Shown piece by piece: positions 58,698 to 64,000 of a stretch of 64,000 nucleotides of DNA. The notes below the pieces were generated by a model. That model made no database searches, had not been told where the DNA came from, and saw nothing but the letters and a program-made list of their open reading frames with translations. The stretch spans positions 2,016,001 through 2,080,000 of the forward strand of contig CBDCKW010000009.1 of NCBI GenBank assembly GCA_965218435.1, in the 5' to 3' direction. The translations under genes and the position numbers were made by a program. Within the stretch, counting starts at the first letter, position 1; every line of letters starts with the position of its first letter. Origin of the DNA: Truepera sp. GTDB lineage: Bacteria; Deinococcota; Deinococci; Deinococcales; Trueperaceae.

Positions 58698-59981
58698 ATG
58701 AAGTTTCAGGCCGTTAAAGGCACCTACGACATCCTTCCCGCCGACCGACCCCGTTGGGCACACGTGTACGACGCGGCCGCCCGCGTTTTAGGGCATGCCG
58801 GGGCGGGGGAACTGACGCCACCCGTGTTTGAACACAGCGACGTATTCGTCAAAGCGGCGGGCGAATCATCCGACCTGATCGTGCAAAAAGAGATGTACAC
58901 CTTTAAGGACGCGGGCGAGCGCGACCTGACGCTCCGGCCCGAGTTTACGCCGGGAGTGCTGCGGGCGTATCTCGAGCACGGCATGTATACCCGCCCCGCA
59001 CCGGTGAAACTCTGGAGTTTCGGCCCGATCTTTCGCGCCGAAAAACCGCAACGCGGCAGATTTCGGCAGTTTCATCAGCTCAACTGTGAAGTGTTGGGGC
59101 TCGCCTCGCCACTCGTTGACGCCGAAACGGTCGCCCTCCTCTACCGCGTGTTGGGGGCGTGCGGGCTCAAAAACTTGACGGTCAAGCTCGGCTCGGTGGG
59201 TGACCCGGAAGACAAGGCGGCGTATAACGGTTATTTGCGTGACGAACTCGGCAAACGCGCGGGCGAGTTGTCCGAGACGAGCCAAGAGCGGCTGCGCCTC
59301 AACCCGATGCGGGTGCTCGACAGCAAAGATGCAGGTGACCAAAAAATTGTGGCGACGCTCAAACGTCCGTTGGATTTTCTAAGCGACGACGCCCGCAACC
59401 ACTTCGACACGGTGCAGCAGTTTCTGACCGACTGGGGCGTCCCCTTCGAGGTTGACGCCAGCATCGTCCGGGGGTTGGACTACTACCGCCGCACCGCCTT
59501 TGAGGTGCATCATCCAGGGATCGGCGCACAGTCGGCGCTCGGCGGCGGGGGCCGCTACGACGGGCTCGTCGAACACTTGGGTGGTCCGGCAACGCCCGGT
59601 ATCGGCTGGGCGTTCGGCGTTGAGCGCGTGCTCGACGCGATGGTACAAGACGGGGTAGGCCATGATGCTGAAGCCAAGCCGCTCCTCTTTCTCGTGCCGA
59701 TGGACGAAGCGGCGGTCCCTGAGGTGGCGCTGACGGCGTTCAATTTGCGCAGCCTCTTTGCTGTGCAGCACGCCTATAAAGAGCGGAATCCGGGTAAAGG
59801 TCTGCGGGACGCGCAGCGCAGCGGCGCACAGTTTGCCGGTCTGCGCGGCGAGCGCGAACGCGAGCGTGGGGTGTATACGCTTAAAAATTTGATATCCGGT
59901 GAGCAGCTCGAGGTCACTGAAACGGATTTGGGGTCGTTTTTAGCCGCTCGAGCCGAAACAGCGCAGGCGGTCAGCGTATGA
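58698..59981 (+). CDS. hisS: Histidine--tRNA ligase
   Basis: KEMYTF, LRPEFT, RAEKPQRGRFRQFHQ, VRGLDYY, GGGRYD, FGVER. Confidence 0.98.
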   Translation: MKFQAVKGTYDILPADRPRWAHVYDAAARVLGHAGAGELTPPVFEHSDVFVKAAGESSDLIVQKEMYTFKDAGERDLTLRPEFTPGVLRAYLEHGMYTRPAPVKLWSFGPIFRAEKPQRGRFRQFHQLNCEVLGLASPLVDAETVALLYRVLGACGLKNLTVKLGSVGDPEDKAAYNGYLRDELGKRAGELSETSQERLRLNPMRVLDSKDAGDQKIVATLKRPLDFLSDDARNHFDTVQQFLTDWGVPFEVDASIVRGLDYYRRTAFEVHHPGIGAQSALGGGGRYDGLVEHLGGPATPGIGWAFGVERVLDAMVQDGVGHDAEAKPLLFLVPMDEAAVPEVALTAFNLRSLFAVQHAYKERNPGKGLRDAQRSGAQFAGLRGERERERGVYTLKNLISGEQLEVTETDLGSFLAARAETAQAVSV

Positions 59982-61861
59982 CTGCTGATACTAAACGCAC
60001 GCATATGTGCGGCGACCTCAGAGCAGGCGACGAAGGTCAAAGCGTCACCTTACAAGGCTGGGTCAACCGCCGCCGCGACCTGGGCGGACTGATCTTCCTA
60101 GATTTGCGTGACCGTACCGGTTTGGTTCAAGTCGTCACCGAACCCGACGCCGCAGCGTTTGCTGTGGGCGAACAGCTCAGACCCGAGTTTATCGTCACGG
60201 TAAGTGGCAATGTGCGGCTCCGGCCCGACGTGCAGCGCACCTCGAGGCTCCCAACCGGCGACGTCGAAGTGCTGGCCGAGAGCATCACCATCATTTCTGA
60301 AGCCAAAACTCCTCCCTTTGTACTGAATAGTCCCGAAGAAGCCGCTGAGGTCAGCGAAGATTTACGCCTCAAGTACCGTTACCTAGACCTCCGCCGCCCC
60401 GAAGCTGCTGCGCCGCTCTACCTCCGGCACCGGGTCAGCAAAGCCATCTGGGACTTTTTGGACGCTGAGGGCTTCGTGCAGGTTGAGACGCCGCTGTTAA
60501 CGCTCTCGACACCTGAGGGGGCTCGAGATTACGTGGTGCCCTCACGGACGCAACCCGGTAACTTTTACGCGCTGCCGCAGTCGCCGCAGCTCTTTAAGCA
60601 GCTCTTGATGATGGGCGGCCTGGAACGTTACTTTCAGCTCGCGCACTGTTTTCGAGACGAAGACCTCCGCGCCGACCGCCAACCCGACTTTACGCAGCTC
60701 GATATTGAAATGTCATTTGTAGATCAAGACGACGTGTTAGACCTCAACGAGCGGTTGCTGCAGCATGTGATTAAAGCCGCACTAGACCGGGACATCCCCG
60801 CGCCGTTCCCACGTTTGAGCTACGCGGACGCCATGAACCGCTACGGCTCGGACAAACCGGATGTGCGCTTTGCGTTAGAACTCACCGACCTCTCCCCTGT
60901 TTTTAGCGAGACGACCTTTCGCGGCTTTGCCTCGGTGTTGGCGTCCGGCGGCAGCGTGCGGGCCTTGCCGGTTCCCGCTGAGCGCGCAGGTGAGCTGAGC
61001 CGCAAACGGTTAGGGGAGCTCGAGACCCACGGCAAAACTTACGGTGCCCAGGGACTCGCGTGGCTCCGGCGCGACGGTGAAGGTTTCAGCGGCCCCATCG
61101 CCAAGTTTTTAGCTGATACCGAGGTGCAGGCGCTGACGCAGCACGCACCCGCTGACGGTGACCTGCTCCTCATCGTCGCGGCCAAAACGCGCGTCGCGTG
61201 CGAGGCGCTCGGCGCAGTGCGGCTTAAACTGGCTCACGATTTTGGCCTCATCCCCGAAGGTGAGCTGGCTTTTTCGTGGGTGATTGACTTTCCGCTGCTC
61301 GAGTACGACGATGAGACCGGCGGCCACACCTACATGCACCACCCCTTCACTCGGCCCCAGGACGAAGACCTGCCGCTGTTAAGGACCGACCCCGGCAAAG
61401 TGCGGGCGTGGGCGTATGACCTGGTGCTCAACGGTTTTGAAATCGGCGGGGGGTCGCTGCGTATCTATCAGCTCGAGACCCAACGCGCCATGTTCCGCGC
61501 CCTCGGCTTTTCCGACGAGGAAGCGCAGGCCCGCTTCGGCTTCTTTTTAGACGCGCTCGCTTACGGCGCGCCGCCACACGGGGGCGTCGCCTGGGGACTG
61601 GACCGCTTGATCATGCTCTTAGCCGGGGCCAAAAGTCTCCGCGACGTGATCGCCTTCCCCAAAAATCAGCGCGGGGCCGACCCGCTCACCGGCGCACCGG
61701 GACCGCTCACACAGGCGCAGCTTGACGAACTGTCGTTACGCCTCGGCCATACGCCTGTCGAGGCTGCGGCAGAAGCCAATCCTGCAGCTACTGAGACAGA
61801 AATAAAAGCAGCCGTAACTACAAGCGCCACTGAAGGAGAAAGCTCACAGGAAACGCCGTGA
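59978..61861 (+). CDS. aspS: Aspartate--tRNA ligase
   Basis: RRDLGGLIF.DLRD, RLKYRYLDLRR, ALPQSPQLFKQ, FRDEDLRADRQP, GAPPHGG, VIAFPK. Confidence 0.98.
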   Translation: MTADTKRTHMCGDLRAGDEGQSVTLQGWVNRRRDLGGLIFLDLRDRTGLVQVVTEPDAAAFAVGEQLRPEFIVTVSGNVRLRPDVQRTSRLPTGDVEVLAESITIISEAKTPPFVLNSPEEAAEVSEDLRLKYRYLDLRRPEAAAPLYLRHRVSKAIWDFLDAEGFVQVETPLLTLSTPEGARDYVVPSRTQPGNFYALPQSPQLFKQLLMMGGLERYFQLAHCFRDEDLRADRQPDFTQLDIEMSFVDQDDVLDLNERLLQHVIKAALDRDIPAPFPRLSYADAMNRYGSDKPDVRFALELTDLSPVFSETTFRGFASVLASGGSVRALPVPAERAGELSRKRLGELETHGKTYGAQGLAWLRRDGEGFSGPIAKFLADTEVQALTQHAPADGDLLLIVAAKTRVACEALGAVRLKLAHDFGLIPEGELAFSWVIDFPLLEYDDETGGHTYMHHPFTRPQDEDLPLLRTDPGKVRAWAYDLVLNGFEIGGGSLRIYQLETQRAMFRALGFSDEEAQARFGFFLDALAYGAPPHGGVAWGLDRLIMLLAGAKSLRDVIAFPKNQRGADPLTGAPGPLTQAQLDELSLRLGHTPVEAAAEANPAATETEIKAAVTTSATEGESSQETP

Positions 61862-62664
61862 TTCCTTTTGTGCTCCTCGACCTAGACGGCACAGTGATCG
61901 GCTCGAGCGGTCAGGTCTTGTCGTGCGTGTGGGAGGCAGTCGCAGAGGTGCAGCAAGCGGGCATGAAACTCGCCGTTTGCACCGGACGCCCGCGCGTCGG
62001 GGTCGCTAAACGCGTAGCCGAGCGCCTCGGTAAAAGCGTTCCGCACATCTTTCAAAACGGCGCGATGATCGCCTACGCCGATGGCGACGTGGTTGAACTG
62101 CACGCGCTTAAAGAGGCGAATACCCGCGCGTTAATTACCCATGCGCGGGCGCACAACTTAGCTCTGGAGGTCTACACTTCAAATGCGCTCTACGTCGAGC
62201 GTCGCACCCCGCTGAGCGAAGCGCACGCAAAACTGATCGGTGCGACGGCGATTGTCCGCAATTTAGAAGACGTAGCTGAGAACGAACCCGTGGTGCGGGC
62301 GCAGTGGGTGATTCCGTTGGGGAAAGAAGCCGAAGCCAGGGAGCTCACCCTACCCGGCGTGCAGACCTCGAGCGCAGTCTCCCCGGCCCTTAAAGACACC
62401 CTGTTTATCAGCGTCACAGCCAAAGACGTATCCAAAGGTTCGGCGGTGCGGACGCTGATCAAGCGAGAACGCTTTAAGACAGAAAACGTGATGGCCGTTG
62501 GGGACAGCGCGGGCGATTTGCCGATGTTAGAAGCGGTCGGTCACCCCGTCGTGATGGCCGAAGCGCCTGCTGAACTGCGTGAGCGGTTTTTTACCGTCGG
62601 CGGCGTAGATGAATGCGGCGTCGTCGAGGCGTTGGAACGCGCCTTAACGCTCAAGGTCGTCTGA
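61858..62664 (+). CDS. Cof-type HAD hydrolase
   Basis: DLDGT, CTGR, SKG, GDSAGD motifs. Confidence 0.9.
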   Translation: MIPFVLLDLDGTVIGSSGQVLSCVWEAVAEVQQAGMKLAVCTGRPRVGVAKRVAERLGKSVPHIFQNGAMIAYADGDVVELHALKEANTRALITHARAHNLALEVYTSNALYVERRTPLSEAHAKLIGATAIVRNLEDVAENEPVVRAQWVIPLGKEAEARELTLPGVQTSSAVSPALKDTLFISVTAKDVSKGSAVRTLIKRERFKTENVMAVGDSAGDLPMLEAVGHPVVMAEAPAELRERFFTVGGVDECGVVEALERALTLKVV

Positions 62665-62909
62665 GTCAAAAGCTTTGCGTAGGTCAAGCGTCCCCAAGCT
62701 AGGCTGTGTTACTTCTGCTTTGTTGTCTTCTGAAGTCGTAAGAAACGTTATTTCTTTTGTCAACCTGGCAACTATTGACTGCTGTATTCTGAATTCGCTC
62801 TTCCTCACGTAGACTACACAGCCGTCATCTCGAGCCGATTCCAGAACTCGCCAAACGATGCGTCGCTGCTCATCAGGCTTTGCCAACTTTAGCTTGATAA
62901 ACTCGGAGC

Positions 62910-64000
62910 ATGGTTGTCCCCATTCAAAACCTCAAAGAACACTTAGGCGAGAGCGTCACCATCCAGGGCTGGCTGGCAGGTTCACGCTCGAGCGGCAAGA
63001 TCGCCTTTTTACAACTCCGCGACGGCTCCGGCTTCGTGCAGGGCGTATTGGCGAAAAACGACGTAGACGAATCTACTTTTAAGCTGGCGCGGTCACTCAC
63101 CCAAGAGTCGAGCATCATCGTGACCGGCGAAGTTCGGGCTGATGAACGCTCACCCTCCGGCGTCGAGCTGGGCGTGACCGGGCTCGAGCTAGTTGAACGC
63201 ACCGAAAACTACCCCATCACGCCTAAAGAGCACGGCGTCGACTTTTTGATGGAGCATCGGCACCTCTACATGCGGAACAAAAAGCCGTGGGCAATTATGC
63301 GGATTCGAGATGAATTGGAGCGGGCCGTTCACGATTTTTTTGCCGAGCGCGGCTTTGTCCGCTTTGACACGCCCTTTTTTACCCCGAACGCCGCAGAGGG
63401 CACCACCAACCTTTTTGAAATTGATCTCTTTGGTGAAGACAAGGCGTACCTGTCGCAGTCCGGGCAGCTCTACGCCGAGGCCGGGGCGCTCGCTTTGGGC
63501 CGGGTGTACACCTTCGGGCCGACCTTTCGGGCAGAAAAGTCGAAGACGCGCAAACACCTCTTAGAGTTTTGGATGATCGAGCCCGAGGTCGCATATCTGG
63601 AACACGAAGGCAACATGAAGTTGCAAGAAGAGTTTGTCTCGTACCTTGTAGGACGCGCGTTAGAAAACCGCCAAGCCGAGCTGACGATGTTGGAGCGGGA
63701 TACGAGGATGCTTACTGCCACCGCTCAGGGAGGGTTTCCGCGCCTCTCTTACGACGAAGCTTTGGCTAAACTCGCCGAGCACGGCGAACACCTCAGCTGG
63801 GGTGACGATTTGGGTGCGCCGCACGAGACGATTTTAGGAGGGCTTTACGACCGCCCCGTCTTCGTTGACGCGTGGCCAACCGAGACCAAAGCGTTTTATA
63901 TGCAACCGTTTGACGACGACCCGACGCGCGTCAAGTGCGACGACCTCATCGCCCCGGAAGGGTACGGCGAACTTATCGGGGGTTCGGAGCGCATCCATGA
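62910..64000 (+). CDS. asnS: Asparagine--tRNA ligase (runs off window end)
   Basis: Manual translation [21 protein letters not shown]...[75 protein letters not shown]. Confidence 0.96.
   Translation, partial: MVVPIQNLKEHLGESVTIQGWLAGSRSSGKIAFLQLRDGSGFVQGVLAKNDVDESTFKLARSLTQESSIIVTGEVRADERSPSGVELGVTGLELVERTENYPITPKEHGVDFLMEHRHLYMRNKKPWAIMRIRDELERAVHDFFAERGFVRFDTPFFTPNAAEGTTNLFEIDLFGEDKAYLSQSGQLYAEAGALALGRVYTFGPTFRAEKSKTRKHLLEFWMIEPEVAYLEHEGNMKLQEEFVSYLVGRALENRQAELTMLERDTRMLTATAQGGFPRLSYDEALAKLAEHGEHLSWGDDLGAPHETILGGLYDRPVFVDAWPTETKAFYMQPFDDDPTRVKCDDLIAPEGYGELIGGSERIH

Overview
Bacterial chromosomal segment, probably Deinococcota (Truepera/Deinococcus-like). This rests on gene content, many apparently leaderless genes and the style of the hisS-aspS-HAD-asnS and recA genes; it is an inference, not a database result. 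The left ~39 kb is mostly metabolic and envelope genes: a lipid-linked glycosylation cluster, ABC transporters, SDR/MarR/HxlR modules, a desiccation-type ferritin-like protein, a class II photolyase, nagA and a polyol ABC operon, plus several gene relics. The main accessory feature is a ~13.7 kb element integrated in a tRNA(CAT) gene, bounded by 57-bp direct repeats at 39564-39620 and 53208-53264. It looks like a phage satellite. It has an intact tyrosine integrase, an excisionase-like HTH, a DUF3854-type primase/SF3 helicase with a palindromic iteron array in its 3' end, a TerS-like gene, and a large terminase encoded as two separate genes (ATPase and nuclease), but no recognisable capsid or portal. 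Its cargo is a SMODS/CD-NTase + SLATT 2TM (CBASS-like) pair, an unknown TM/GAF-like two-gene cassette and an HTH-antitoxin/RelE module. Two more integrase relics show repeated use of this tRNA. The hexamer CTCGAG is strongly over-represented across the window but scarce in the cargo genes. The right end holds recA, tal, hisS, aspS and a partial asnS.
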